A stretch of 64,000 bases of DNA from Phyllosticta citribraziliensis (lineage: Eukaryota), in the NCBI RefSeq assembly GCF_038025025.1, contig NW_027117342.1, positions 372,001-436,000 of the forward strand. Direction: 5' to 3'. The translations under genes were made by a program, and so were the position numbers. How positions within the stretch are numbered: the stretch's first letter is position 1; each line of letters starts with the position of its first letter. Below the pieces are notes generated by a model. It was not told the origin of the DNA, searched no databases, and saw nothing but the letters and a program-made list of their open reading frames with translations. Below are positions 13,801 to 25,818 of the stretch, in pieces.

Positions 13801-16096
13801 AACTGCTGATCGCGGCATATGATGCACAAGGGACAAAAGCAGGCCGAGCCAGACACCAAGCGTCCGCTCCAAAAAACCCACAATCCGAGATCAGCGTCCG
13901 CGGACAATCGCCGTCAACGAAACGCAACAAGCCGGCTTTTTCTCACACGAGAAAGAAAGAAAAAAAAAAAAAAAGAAAGAATCCTCCTGATCGCTCCTGC
14001 CGCACGCATGCATACGCTCCTTGCGTGCAGCAGGTCGGCGGCCCTGTCGGCGGCCGGCTGCACGTTGGCCAGTCGTGCGTTTCAATATCATTGCTTTTAT
14101 TGCGTCGGCTGCCGGGCATCGTAGTATTTACGTAGTCGCGAATCCCCACGGCAGATGAAGAGACCCTCCTCGTCTGCCCCGGCACTTGCCTTGCACACGC
14201 GTTCCGGGCTCCTCTGCAGCTCGTCCGTTTACTAGCACTGCCATTGATACCTACTGCTGAAACGAAACGCAGTGGCTGCCGCCAATTTTCTTCAGAGTCT
14301 TGTCATGCGTCGTTGCGCTCTCTGCTTGTATCCCTTTTGGCTGACTTTTAGATGGCCATGACGCCATCGCAGCAGGACTGCCGGCCGATGCGAGACGAGG
14401 GAAAATTCAGAGACGAGACGTGGCGGGCCCCAGAAAAAAGCAAACATGGCCCGCTGCCTGCCGATCGCTTTGCAGCAAGTCATCACCGAGTGCCGACCCT
14501 GAAAAGCCATTCTTCTTGTCCGTCAGCTCACAGATCCAGTAACCAGTCGGCCCCCTCTCCTCGCTAAGCCGCGGTCCCAATCCTACGTTTATGTACGTAT
14601 GCATTTCTCAACAATAACAAGAAATGCAGATGGAGTCTTCTCCGCAGCTACTGCTGGGACCCGCACTGTCTCCGCCCTCTCGTTAATATGTTGTCGTACC
14701 CGCTACGTACACCCCAACTCATTAGATTCACGCATCTCGCCGTTCGTCTCGTCTCGTCTCGTCTTTACTTAGATGAACGAGTCCACTCTGCAAAACGGCA
14801 CTCGTATCCACCGACGGGGCAAGCCTGGCCTGGCCCAGCCCAACCCAGCCCAGAGTAGCTCGGTCCCGGCCTGATCAAACGTTACGAGACAACGGCCCGC
14901 TGCTGCATGAGGGATGCAGCCATGCATGCATGCACGCAAGGACTCGCGTCGATGGAGACTTTTGCTGGCCGGCCGGCCTGTTTGTTCATTTGACTGCTTG
15001 CTGGGAATTGATGCCTGCGCTGCAGCCTGGAGAGAGACAGAGAACTGGCCGATGATGCATGCAGGCGGGCGGGCAGATGTGCGGGGCTGCTTGTTGTGTG
15101 CCATGCTCCTCCGTATGGAGGACTTGTCCGCACTGCAGAGCGCTGCTGACGCCAAAAAAAATGCCCCGTCGGCCTGTCTTTCTGTTTGTCTGGTGTCCGG
15201 CATAGCTTGTGGGTGGGTTTGACTGCCACTGTCTGACTGACCTGCCGTGCACAATAGCCCGCGAGGAAGGCTCCGAGGCTTTGCTGCGTCGACGCTGCTT
15301 CCATCAACATACTTACCTGCCATTCCGAATCGAGCGAGCGCGTGGAGTGAGAAAGTTGGAGGAATGTCCAGGTATTGCGACAAGGGCCAAGGCATCTCTC
15401 CCCTCTTCACCCATCCTCTCGTCGATTCAGTGACTACCGCAAAACACGGCGTTGGATTGTGTCGTGTGCCCTTTTGCATTGCTTGTAGTCGAGATAGAGT
15501 TGAGCGATGCGGCGCTCTGCGGCAGGGACCAGGGTCGTTTTGGCACAGTGTGTGTACCACAAACGCCCTTTGTTCCCCTGCGTCGGTAACTCTGTGTGTG
15601 GTGCTGTTGTGGCACGCGGATTCGACTGATGCTGCAGTGGCTGGATGCGACATTGACGAGACCGCCTCTGGACTGTGTGAGCTGCGTGCCCGCGACATGT
15701 CCCTTCATTGTTTCTCTGCTTGGTGTTGTTTTTGACTCAACGCTACTTACGCTACCTCCGTTTTCCCAGTCTCTTTCTCCATTTCTTTCTCGGTGTTCTT
15801 CTACAGTACCCACACCTTAACCACCCAACCGTTCCTCACCAGACCCAACGCACAATCGCCCTCAGGTCACCACCCACAGTCCCATCATCGTCGTCGTCGT
15901 CGTCAGCGGCGGCGGTGACGCCCATCCACGATCGCTTCAGCATCCCCGCGGCACAGCAATCTTAAGCAGCCAACCAGCCCGGCGTGCGGCACCACGCGCG
16001 CCTCAACGCCGCAACGCACCGCACCGCATCTCCCCGCGTGCGTCCGCTACGCTACCTAGGTATGTGATGTATCTCATCCGCATCCCCATCACCCAT

Positions 16097-16262
16097 CAGA
16101 TCAGATCAGACGCCGACTTGGTGGTCAACGGCCCGGGGCGGATCAGATCAGATCAGATCTCTCGCGCCGTCCCGCCTGTCGTCGACGACCTACGCCGTAC
16201 CGTACGGCGTAGTTTTGTGCTTATGAGATCGAGGCAGCGGCAATCAGATCAGATCAGATCAG
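16097..16262. repeat. clusters of (CAGAT)n microsatellite
   Basis: cagatcagatcaga runs at ~16097, ~16141-16160 and ~16245-16262. Confidence 0.75.
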
Positions 16263-19017
16263 AACCTGAATCTGAATCGCGTTTCGCTTTTCCTCGCGCC
16301 GTCCCGTCGTTCCCGTCGCTCCCGGCGTATCCTGCCCGTCCATCTCCCGTCCGCCTGCGTGCTGCGCCGCTGTCTGCTTTCTTCGCGGCTGGCTGGCTTG
16401 CGGTGGATTTTTACTTCTGCTGCTGCTGCTCTATATACTAGTCGCATGCTGCGCTGCGCTGGGGTATCACGAGCCTGGATACTGACGTCTTTCTGCGCGG
16501 TCTGCTGCGCCATGGCGTGGCTGGAGAAGACAGGATTGCACGAGGCAGCGAGTAGGCAGTGGCAGTCCCGCTCTCCTATTTGAACCCAGTTGCCTCACTC
16601 TGTGTAGCCTGAGCGCATAACGAAGGCCCAGGGACACGCTATTTCTTGCCTCGTTGCGTCCTAGCTGGTGGGTAGATCACTCTACCCACGCCTGACATCT
16701 CCCACGCTCTGCCTCTTGCGTCTTTAGTGGTGAAAGTTATACGCACGTCGTCTGCTCCTTGGTACCGTGCTCACTCTTCGCGGTTGATCGAGTCGCGCCC
16801 AAGAGCGTGCCTAACTATATCCGTCATCTGCGCGTACACTGTGCAGACTTTTCGACGTGTAGTGTCAAAGAGGGAAAGGGAAGTCATTGTTTAGTAGGAG
16901 GTCAGATAACCCCCCCCCCTTTTTTGTTTCTTTCCTTCTTTTGCTTGCTCGTTCACCTGCATTTTGAGGACGTGTGAAGCTTCTATTTAGCAGGGATACA
17001 GCAATGAGTCGTCTCGTAAACTGTCGGTGGCTTGAGATGGTGGTGTTTTAGCCCTTCTTATTGCTGCTGCCGCTCCATCATCCCTTCTCATGCACTGACA
17101 CAAGCACAAAAGGAGAAGTACGCAGGTAGAGAGACACACTGGAACCACGACTTTTCACTGAAGAAGAGAAGGGCATATGCATACAAACAGACTAGACACC
17201 ATTAACCTCCTACAACGCGGCCCAGTACCACCACCGAAGAGCAAAATTGAGATCCACCGCCATACCTAGATTCCTCCTGCGGCGGCAACAGCAGACAGGG
17301 CCAACAATACAGCGCCAACCGCACACTCGACCGCCGTGACTTTGATCTGATATTTCACCCGCCTGGCTAGCGGCTTGCATGTCATGGCATGGAATCCACA
17401 ACGAGAAAAACCCACACCCGGTGGCCAAAAGAAAAAAGAAAAAAAAAAAAAAAAAAGGACAAGACGGCCCTTTGCCCAGCAGATCGGGCACCAGTCACAC
17501 CTACACTGCCATCCACAGCGTATACAGCGAAAAGTAGGCCAGGTGGACCACGCACGCCCGCACGCACGCACGCACGGACATCGCCAGTCGGCGCGGCGGG
17601 CCGCCTCAGTCAAACCGGTGCCCGCACCACTGCCTGCTGGTCCCGTCGTCAGTTCTTGCGCGCGTGGGTTAGGCGGGTGGATCTCGGCTGTATTATGAGC
17701 CGCACGGCAGTCAGTCGGGCCAATGATGAGGGGCGGGCGGGCGCGGGAGGTGGGTATTTCAGGTGTGTTCAGTGGGTGCAAGAAAGGATCGGGCGTTCGG
17801 CGGGCGCCGGATTGGCCCGCTGCTGTTGCTGCTGCTGCTACTGTGCGAGGTTGGTGTTTGGTGGGTTGGGTTGGATAGATAGATGGCTGAGTGAGGAGGA
17901 TTCTGTGGTGAGGAGAGCACAGGAGAGAAGAGGAGAAGGGAAACTTTTCTGTGCATGCATTTCTCTCTTGTCTCTTGCGTGTCTGCATGTGTGTCCGGAA
18001 AATGTCAAACAGCGACGGGTAGACTCATGAAATGTTGAACGGGCGAGAGAACACGCAAAACACGAACCGGACTTGTACATCTACTAGACTTCCGCAGCGT
18101 CGTCAAAGAGCTTCATAAGTCATACGAGGCAAGAGGGCAGAAGGGCATGTTGCACTCTCGACAGCCGGTTGGCCTCACGGACCAGTTGATTCTCCACCTC
18201 CCCTCTGCCCTGCAAATACCTCACTCGCTCTTGCTGCTGAGAAATAGTACATAAATAAAAAGCGTGGACCGCAGGGACTAGCGACCGTGGCACCGCTTTT
18301 GGTGGCATCGAAGCTTCCCGACAACCGCGGCGACGTGGCAGAGCCCAGATCCCCAAGGGCGTGCGCTGCGATGTGCGCACGACGCCGACGGCCGCCTATA
18401 ACAGCGTGGAGATCTAGGAATCGTCGGGAGCTAGCTCGTCGTATGTAGACGCCTAATACACAACACGCGTAAGGTTATCCAGCCTGCACGCGCCTCCGCC
18501 TGTCTGTTCACTATTATTGTAGGAATGAATGCAGCGACTGAGATGCCCGTCGTTTCGCTCAGACCCCCTCAACTTGAAGCACAGCGGCCATTTTCGAGCC
18601 CGGCAGATGGATTCGATGCGACCAAACTGGCAACAATCATCGTGCCGTTGATCGCCCGTCGACCCGAACCGGCTTGCCCGCGGCACATTTCCGCGTGGTC
18701 AATCAAGCTCAGACGGCCTGCCAGATCGTCGCTTCGGATGTGAATGTCGAGACTGCTGACACGACCCGACTGCTTTTGTGGACTGGCTCTTGAGGGCTCG
18801 TACAGTCCCTGAATGATTGAGATCCAATATCCGAGCGACGTTCCTTGTGAATCAGGAGTGCAAGCTGCTGTCCGCTGGTCGTATGATTCGAGGTCGACGG
18901 CCGAATGAGCTGTTTGGGAGCTTCGTAACGAAGCGGTCTTCGGAAAATGTACCGCGTGTAGTTGGAGGCCGTCATCGGATGTAACGAGATCAATAGACCC
19001 GACATTGAAGCAGATCT

Positions 19018-19643
19018 TCAATCGTGGTCCTCGTCATCGTCCACGATGCCATTCATGACGACGTCCTCATCTTGGTCATTGCTGTGCGCCGCGATACTTC
19101 CGCCCTTGGTCAACAGCGCCTCGGCGGCAACGGCGCTGTCTCCCAAAGCCTCTCGAGCTTTTAAAACGCTTTGTTTGGCCCGGCGGATGGCTTCCTCCTC
19201 GGCTTTTCGGATCGTGCCAGAGACTCGCACCACTTGGACAACGCAAGATTGGTTGACTGGGTCAGGAAGGCGCGTGAGAAATGAGAGGGCAGCCCATACT
19301 AGGCGGTAGTGGCTTCTCGCGACACGGATGATGGCAGTGGAGGTCGCCGGAGACAAATATTTGACTGCGGCGGCGTTAACGCTGGCGACGAAGCCGCAGG
19401 GACACCCTTCAGCGCGATGGACATACCTTGTAGGTTTCCGTGTGTTAGTCCAGCGCCATGGTCCCCAAATAGATCCACAATGCTGTCTCTTATGAGTTTT
19501 ACGAGGTAGCCGGCAGTGAGCCTGTCAGAGCTCGGCTGGTGGAATTGGATGACGCTCGGGGGCGCGTTCGAAGTCTTCGGGGTAGTCGCAGGCGAGGGGT
19601 AGAGAAAATTGACGAGCAGGTAGCGGTGCTTGAGGCGCACCAT
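19018..19643 (-). CDS. POP5: RNase P/MRP subunit Pop5 (Rpp14/Pop5 family)
   Basis: MVRLKHRYLLVNFLYP...IRDSIVDLFGDHGAG, intron 19365-19426 (GTATGT..CAG), then VKYLSPATSTAIIRVARSHYRLVWAALSF...RVSGTIRKAEEEAIRRA. Confidence 0.93.
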
Positions 19644-19976
19644 GGTGAAGGTGGTTGCCGGCGAAGAGGTGGTGTTGAGAAGAGTTGGATGATTGTGGCA
19701 GCGGCAAGATTACCCGGCAGCGGCGCCAGGTTTAAGCTTAATTAGCCGAGAAGAGAAGGTTGCCGCCGTCTCATCGCAACATGGCGCTTCATTCGGCCAC
19801 CACATAGGCATCCCTGCATGATAGCTCCAAACCGTCAGTCGCCGTCGTCATCTCTCTTGGCTGCCTACCGACACCACCACCACTCGAACCTAATCCAAGC
19901 TGTATTTATCCTCCCACACCCCCCCCCAAGACCAAGCTGAATCGCAAAGGCTGACCCTTGACCCGCCAGTATGATC

Positions 19977-21193
19977 ATGCCCAACACCGCTGGCAACCCT
20001 CTGAGCGCCGGCTCGCTGGCCCTGTTCATGGCCACTAGCTTGCCGCGCGATGTCTCTCCGCAAATCAAATCCCCATACGATGCCATTGCTCTAGCCGTCC
20101 ACGCAGGCATGATAGCCGTGGGCTTTCGCCTGATCGGCCTCGGTGAAGACCACAAAATAGGTACCGTCCAACAAATCACTGCTCCAACCCATTCTGACAA
20201 TCTGCAGAAGCTCGCTCCGACGCCCACGACCCACACGCTCTGCCTCGGGAATGGAACGAGTCCTCCTCGCACGCCTTTCGCTATGCCCACGACCAGTCGT
20301 CCATGGAATACCTGGTCAAGGTCAACCGGCTGGGAAACAAGGCCGTCGTTCTGGCCATTGCGCTCGGAGACGACAAGACGGCGCAGTTCGAGCTGGTTGC
20401 TCGCGACTACATCTCTGAGTCGTCGGTCCCCGCGACGCCTCTCCCCGGTCCCGATGCGCATCTCGAAGCCGCTCAGCGCGCCCTCCAAGACATCTTCATC
20501 TCGCAAGGCCGCCTCGGAGACCTGGGGTCGCTCCTCAAGGTCAGCGTCCTGCAAAAAATCGCTCCAGGCATCCGGAAGGAAGGCTACGAAGAGTCGAGTT
20601 CCTCGTCGACGAACAACAATGGCGACACGCGGCGCGACCCCCCACGGCGAGGCGACCCAAGCGCCCCCGCGTACGATCCCCTCCGCGACGACCCGCACCC
20701 TCCCCCAGCGCGCCCCTACCCCTTCGACGACCCCCTAGCCGCGCCCCCGCGCCGCCCCTTCCCCGCCGGCGACTTCCCTCCCCCCGGCTTCGAAGACGAA
20801 CACGAAATCAACCGGCCGCCCCGCGGCGCCCTCCCCCGCCCCGGCCTGGGCAACTACGGCGACGCCGACCTGTATCCCGCCGGCCTGGGCCCCCGCGACC
20901 CCATGTACGGCGGCGGCATCGGCCCTGGCATCCGGCCCCCTGGCGGCATGCATCCCACTTTCGACGACCCGCTGTTCAGGGGGCCAGGGGGCGGCGGGTA
21001 CGGTGGCGGCGGCTTCGACCCCCAGGCCCCGCCCGGCGCGCGCTACGATCCCGTTGGGCCGGGCGACCACCAGCCGCGCGACACGCGCGGGGGCCCGCGG
21101 TTCCCTGGCGGCGGACCAGGCGGCTTTGGCGGTGCACCGGGTGGCGGGCCTCCTAATCCATTTGGCGGGTTCGGAAGCGGCGATTTCATTTAG
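19977..21193 (+). CDS. PI31 proteasome regulator/inhibitor (PSMF1/Fub1-like)
   Basis: N-terminal AIALAVHAGMIAVGFRLIGLGE, intron ~20161-20207, then FRYAHDQSSMEYLVKVNRLG. The Pro/Gly-rich tail contains GMHPTFDDPLF and PPGARYDPVGP and ends GSGDFI. Alternative ATG at 19971. Confidence 0.88.
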
Positions 21194-21732
21194 TAGGGTG
21201 CGTGTAGTTTGGTATGATTTACGATTTATGAGACATGACAAACGAGTGTTGGCGGTGGCGGTGGTGGTGTCAGTGGCCGAAATGCTGATGGCACTGGCCA
21301 GTGTCTGTCTGAGCAAGAAGGCAAGGCGTGATGGCGGCGGCGGCGATGGAAAAAAGAAAAGCAGGCAAATAGCATACAAACATAACTCATGGATGGCGTA
21401 CGTACGTAGGTACCTGCACGAGTATACTAAGTGAGTAGCTTGAATCCAGAACAAGTCCCTTTGATGCGGGCTAGTCTGGGGTATGAGTATGAGTATGGGT
21501 ACTACATTTACACTCCACAAACACAGGTGACAGATGACAGCTATCGTACAATATAAGCTAAGCCTCCCTTCGTTACTCCCACCACCATGGCTTTGAATTA
21601 AGAATGGACATGAACGGGAACGTGAACGCCTTGCCTGCATGGGTGGGTGGGTGGGTATACACACACCGGTTTCCTAAGGTGGTGGGAAAGATAATCGATG
21701 GCCCTTGAATGGCGGGCAAAGCAGACAGTCAG

Positions 21733-24700
21733 TCAGCCACTCACTCGTGCACCCCCCTGCCCAACTCCCCCTCCCACAACGACAGCAACCGCGACCTCCG
21801 TCGAAGCAGAAGCCGGCGCCTCAGCACCAACGGCAGCCTCTGCAGCCTCGGCATCAAGCGCATCGACGCCGCCCAACCAGCGCCTCACGCCCTCGCGCAG
21901 CGTGCTCTCCTTGTGCAGCACGACGCCCGCGCCGCCCGTCGCCGTTGCGGCCGCCATGGCGCGCTCGGCGACGACGCTCTTGGCGATCTGCTCCAGCGCG
22001 CCGAGGACGACGGATTTGCAGTCGCTGCGCGACGACGACGCTGCGGCGGCGTCGCCTGCCGTGCCGCCGAGCGATGTGATGGTCGACGCGGCGTCGCTGG
22101 CGTCGTTTACGGCGGCGGTGCCGGGGGCTTGGGTAGTGTTTGTGGTGATGGGCGTGTTGCTGAGCGAGGAGGCGGCGAAGCGGCCACGGGTGGTGTGCGC
22201 GCCGTTATTGACGGTCGCGCCGCCGGCGGCATGACGCGACGAGGAGCGCGAGGAGGAGGTGGACGTGGTGGTCGACGAGGCGCCATTCGCGACTGCAATG
22301 GGCGGCGGCTTTGACGTATTGAACGACTTGGGCAGCGTCTGGTAAGAGAGCGGACGCGACGAGTCGCGCAGCGAGCCGTTGCTGGTCGACGCGCTGACCG
22401 AGTGGTGGTGCGGCGAGTAGTGGCCACCGAGACCATTGGAGGACGACGACGACGCGGCAGTGCCCAGCGAGACGCCGCGCTCGATGGCGTCGACGAGCGT
22501 CTCGTCGAGATCCATGACGGGCTCCTCGACGAAGCGCTCCTCCATGTGCAGCTCGGTCAGCGGCAGCGAGGTGCTCGAGTTGGACCCGGAGCTGCCATAT
22601 GGATTGCCGTACTGGCTCTTGGGGAGGCTGCCGGGGCCAGGCGTCCTGGCACCGCCGTTTTCAAACCACGTATGCATGCTCGACCCTGGCGTCATCAACG
22701 ACGGCGGCTGCGACGGCGTCGGGATGAGCCTAACGCGCCGCTTGAGATGGATCCGCTTGACTGAAAAGGTGCGCGCGTCGGCAATCAGAGTCGTGCAAAT
22801 GTGGACCCACTTCTCCGTGGGCCCAGACTCCATCGTAGGCGTAGTCACGGCTGTGCTTGGTGTCGGTTCTGCGCTCATGGCCTTCTTGACATCCTTTTCC
22901 AAATCGGGATACGGGTTGACGCCCTGCAGCGCAAAGTCCTGATGGAATCGCGCCAGCCAGCCGGCAACGTTGACAGGATGTTGTGCGTCTGCAGACAAGA
23001 GGGTCGAGGAGCAGCACGAGGGGCCAAACGTTGAGCCCTCAAGGCTGGAGTAGGAGTTGGTCATGTTTGGCATCAGCGGCGATTGCACAGGCGAGCCGAA
23101 GCCAGGGAGCGGAATGTCAATGTCAATCACGCCGTCATTCTCATTGACTGACAACTTGAGAGGCGAGTCGACTTGTTTGGGACGCGGAGGAATTGCTCTG
23201 GCGGCAGTTGGAGGTGCGGCAGGGGACATAGGAGTAGGTTCCTGGTCAACGGATGTGCTCTCATCAATCTCGTCTTCTTCATCAACCTGCAGCTCTTGCA
23301 CCATTTGCTCGAGCTTGTTGGGGTGGGAGTGGTTGTACGGCCTGCGATATGGTCCGGAAATGCCCAATCCATCGTCGGTCGACTGCAGGATTTCGCCGTG
23401 CTCGTTTGACGACTCGCGACGACTGCCGTTGCTCCAAAAGTTGATCAAGCTACTCCACCCCTTGCTGCTTCCCGAATTGATGCTCTGGTTGCTCGTGTTG
23501 GCGGTGCTGGTGCGTTGCAGATTTTGCCGCAGGTTGACAGAGGCCAGACTGCCGCTGCTGGGTGGTCGAGGGTCACTCGAGCCAGACGCAATGGAGCCAG
23601 TACGTTGCACGGCGAAATGGGCCACGGGCACCGCCGAGTCGGGCGTGGCCGTCGATGTCGTTGTCGTGTGTCCTTTCCGAGCACCACCGTCCTCCGCCAT
23701 GGAGGGAATCGTCAGCCCAGTGGTGTTGACGGACCTAATGGACCGTACTTCTGACGGCCTCCGCGAATGCGGTGCCGAGCGAGACGGCGGCCGATCGTCT
23801 CCGTTTCCTTCCTTTGACTGCGAGCTGCCTTCAGACACGTTGAGCACGCTCATGTTGGGGTAGCTCTTGTGTCCCTTTTTGTTGATTGCGCGCCTCAAAG
23901 ACTGCTGCCTTGAAAGGGTTGCATTCGACGGTGGAGACTGTGAGTAACCTCGGGCTGACGCAGCTGTGCTCGGTCGAGCCGGCGAAGCCCCGTCATACAC
24001 TGCGTGGCTCGACGCGGGCAAAAAGGTTGCAAGCAGAAAGATGAGTCGCCTAGCCGCCATCTTGTCCGGGGAGACGAGGACCGTCCGGCTAGAGACGGTT
24101 ATGTCGTCGCCTGCATTCATCTTTTGCTGCGCGCGATGCTTCGTCCGGTACGACTTGGGCGCAACGACGTTGAGCCACTCGGTGTGAGTGCCCAAGAATG
24201 CCGTGAGCAGGTTGAATAGAAAGAAGTTTTGCTCTTTTGCGCCCGCCCACCGGCCGAGCCATCGCGCCTCCTCTCGCCAAACGCCCCATCTCCCCTGACC
24301 AGTCACAACACGAGGGATTTTCATCCCGCGTACGAGTCTTTCGGCAGAGTTCTCTACAACCGTCTTGATATCATGCTCAAACTGCAGCGCGTGGCCCTGC
24401 AGCAACAGACTACGGCGATTCATGGGCATTTCACGATAGCCGTTGCGGATGCCATTGGACGGACGGCTCGGCGTCTGGAACTGAGGCGTAGATGCTTCTT
24501 GCAGCTTGAAGAGCTCCACAATCTTTCTTTGGACCACAAAGTGAAGGTGGGCAAGCGTGCGGGTGATGACGTCCCAGTGTTGGCCAATCACATCAACCCT
24601 GTCGTCGACGTCGCTGTTGGCGGCATTCAACAGCGAGTCTCCCGTCGAAGCATCGAGAAAGGCCCAGCCGGCCCGGCGCTCCGAGTCGAACGACGAACCT

Positions 24701-25818
24701 AGCGAGTCCTGTCCCCTGTCGGTCTTGTGGGCGCCCCCTGAGCGGTTCGTCGAGGTCGCAACCGGCAGGTGCAAGAGGATGCCAATGGCGTACATGGGCG
24801 TCCGGTACTGCGGCTTTGGCCCCTTGCGAATGGAACCTTGCGAGTTCCCAGTGCCAACGTGGGGAAAGGGAAAGCTATTGGTGGTTCCAACCGACGTCCC
24901 CGGGGTCGGCGTGGTCGTATTGGAGTTGGCCTCGGCCGGGGTCTCGACATCCTCTGGCGGGGATACGGAAAAGAGCCTCGTTATCAAAATGGTCCGCCGC
25001 CGCGGTTCCTTCTGGGAGGCCTCGGGCAGGCCGTTGCTGGCGGTTTGAGGCTCGGGGAAATTGGACGGCGTAAACGAGGTAGCCAATCCGCTGCGCTTGC
25101 GCCCTTCGGCCCGTCCAAAGGAACTGTAACCTTCGCCCAGGATTGGGCTGGTCACGCTGCGGTCGCTTGTCCGTGATTCCATGGGCAGAATGTGCAGCTT
25201 GCTGCTTGTACCTCTGTACGACCAAGGCGCAGATCCGAACATGCATTCCATGCAGGTATTGACCAGCTCCTCGGCCTCTTTGGACCTGCGCTGGGCGGCG
25301 CCCTCTTCAATGTGCGGCATGCCTGATATCGACGCATTTCGCGTGCGGGCGCGCTGGAATGCGCTCGTGGCGGGCTGGGGGCTGTTGCGGTCGAGGGCGA
25401 GCGACGCGCGGCGGCCGTGGGCAATGGTGAAGGCGGACTGGCTGTAGGAAGAGGGAGCTTGGCGGGAACCTTTGCGGTCAGAGGCGGAGGTTGGCGAGTC
25501 GACGCTGGGGCTGTTTGGCTTGGAATCAAAGAGGACGGTCCTGGCCATGGCGCCGGCCTCGTCCTGGGCGATGATGATGCGAATGTCGCGATTCTGGTCC
25601 AGGTCGATGCCGGCCTGGGAGGCATCGTAGGTGCTGGCATTAGAGGAGGAGCCGTTTAGAGGAAAAGCGTGGGCGTCCGAGTGAGCGAGTTGGGTGGCGT
25701 CGGGGAAGAGCAGGTTGTAGGTATGCGAGTCCTCGGTGACGGATTCCAAGACATTGTTCGGCTGGCGGGCAGGGCCGCGGCGGTTCGGGTTGAAGGAGTG
25801 GAGGAGTTGGCCGAGCAT
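21733..25818 (-). CDS. folliculin-interacting protein (FNIP/Lst4-like), 1361 aa
   Basis: Single long ORF. The N-terminal DIRIIIAQD...ECMFGSAPWSYRGTSSKLHILP matches the FNIP_N/longin region as I recall it. Also LTAFLGTHTEWL and RTVLVSPDKMAARRLIFLL. Confidence 0.75.
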   Translation of the reverse strand: MLGQLLHSFNPNRRGPARQPNNVLESVTEDSHTYNLLFPDATQLAHSDAHAFPLNGSSSNASTYDASQAGIDLDQNRDIRIIIAQDEAGAMARTVLFDSKPNSPSVDSPTSASDRKGSRQAPSSYSQSAFTIAHGRRASLALDRNSPQPATSAFQRARTRNASISGMPHIEEGAAQRRSKEAEELVNTCMECMFGSAPWSYRGTSSKLHILPMESRTSDRSVTSPILGEGYSSFGRAEGRKRSGLATSFTPSNFPEPQTASNGLPEASQKEPRRRTILITRLFSVSPPEDVETPAEANSNTTTPTPGTSVGTTNSFPFPHVGTGNSQGSIRKGPKPQYRTPMYAIGILLHLPVATSTNRSGGAHKTDRGQDSLGSSFDSERRAGWAFLDASTGDSLLNAANSDVDDRVDVIGQHWDVITRTLAHLHFVVQRKIVELFKLQEASTPQFQTPSRPSNGIRNGYREMPMNRRSLLLQGHALQFEHDIKTVVENSAERLVRGMKIPRVVTGQGRWGVWREEARWLGRWAGAKEQNFFLFNLLTAFLGTHTEWLNVVAPKSYRTKHRAQQKMNAGDDITVSSRTVLVSPDKMAARRLIFLLATFLPASSHAVYDGASPARPSTAASARGYSQSPPSNATLSRQQSLRRAINKKGHKSYPNMSVLNVSEGSSQSKEGNGDDRPPSRSAPHSRRPSEVRSIRSVNTTGLTIPSMAEDGGARKGHTTTTSTATPDSAVPVAHFAVQRTGSIASGSSDPRPPSSGSLASVNLRQNLQRTSTANTSNQSINSGSSKGWSSLINFWSNGSRRESSNEHGEILQSTDDGLGISGPYRRPYNHSHPNKLEQMVQELQVDEEDEIDESTSVDQEPTPMSPAAPPTAARAIPPRPKQVDSPLKLSVNENDGVIDIDIPLPGFGSPVQSPLMPNMTNSYSSLEGSTFGPSCCSSTLLSADAQHPVNVAGWLARFHQDFALQGVNPYPDLEKDVKKAMSAEPTPSTAVTTPTMESGPTEKWVHICTTLIADARTFSVKRIHLKRRVRLIPTPSQPPSLMTPGSSMHTWFENGGARTPGPGSLPKSQYGNPYGSSGSNSSTSLPLTELHMEERFVEEPVMDLDETLVDAIERGVSLGTAASSSSSNGLGGHYSPHHHSVSASTSNGSLRDSSRPLSYQTLPKSFNTSKPPPIAVANGASSTTTSTSSSRSSSRHAAGGATVNNGAHTTRGRFAASSLSNTPITTNTTQAPGTAAVNDASDAASTITSLGGTAGDAAAASSSRSDCKSVVLGALEQIAKSVVAERAMAAATATGGAGVVLHKESTLREGVRRWLGGVDALDAEAAEAAVGAEAPASASTEVAVAVVVGGGVGQGGARVSG

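Noticed and set aside
16060..16275. Possible C/D-box snoRNA (GTGATGT...CTGA)
   Set aside because: The C box is imperfect, I see no terminal stem or recognisable guide, and the region is mostly CAGAT repeats.
8054..18743. Many 60-300 aa ORFs in the long intergenic region (e.g. 12494-13399, 14769-15698, 17266-17988)
   Set aside because: They have Arg/Pro/Cys-rich random composition, run through microsatellites and homopolymers, and show no domains or codon bias.
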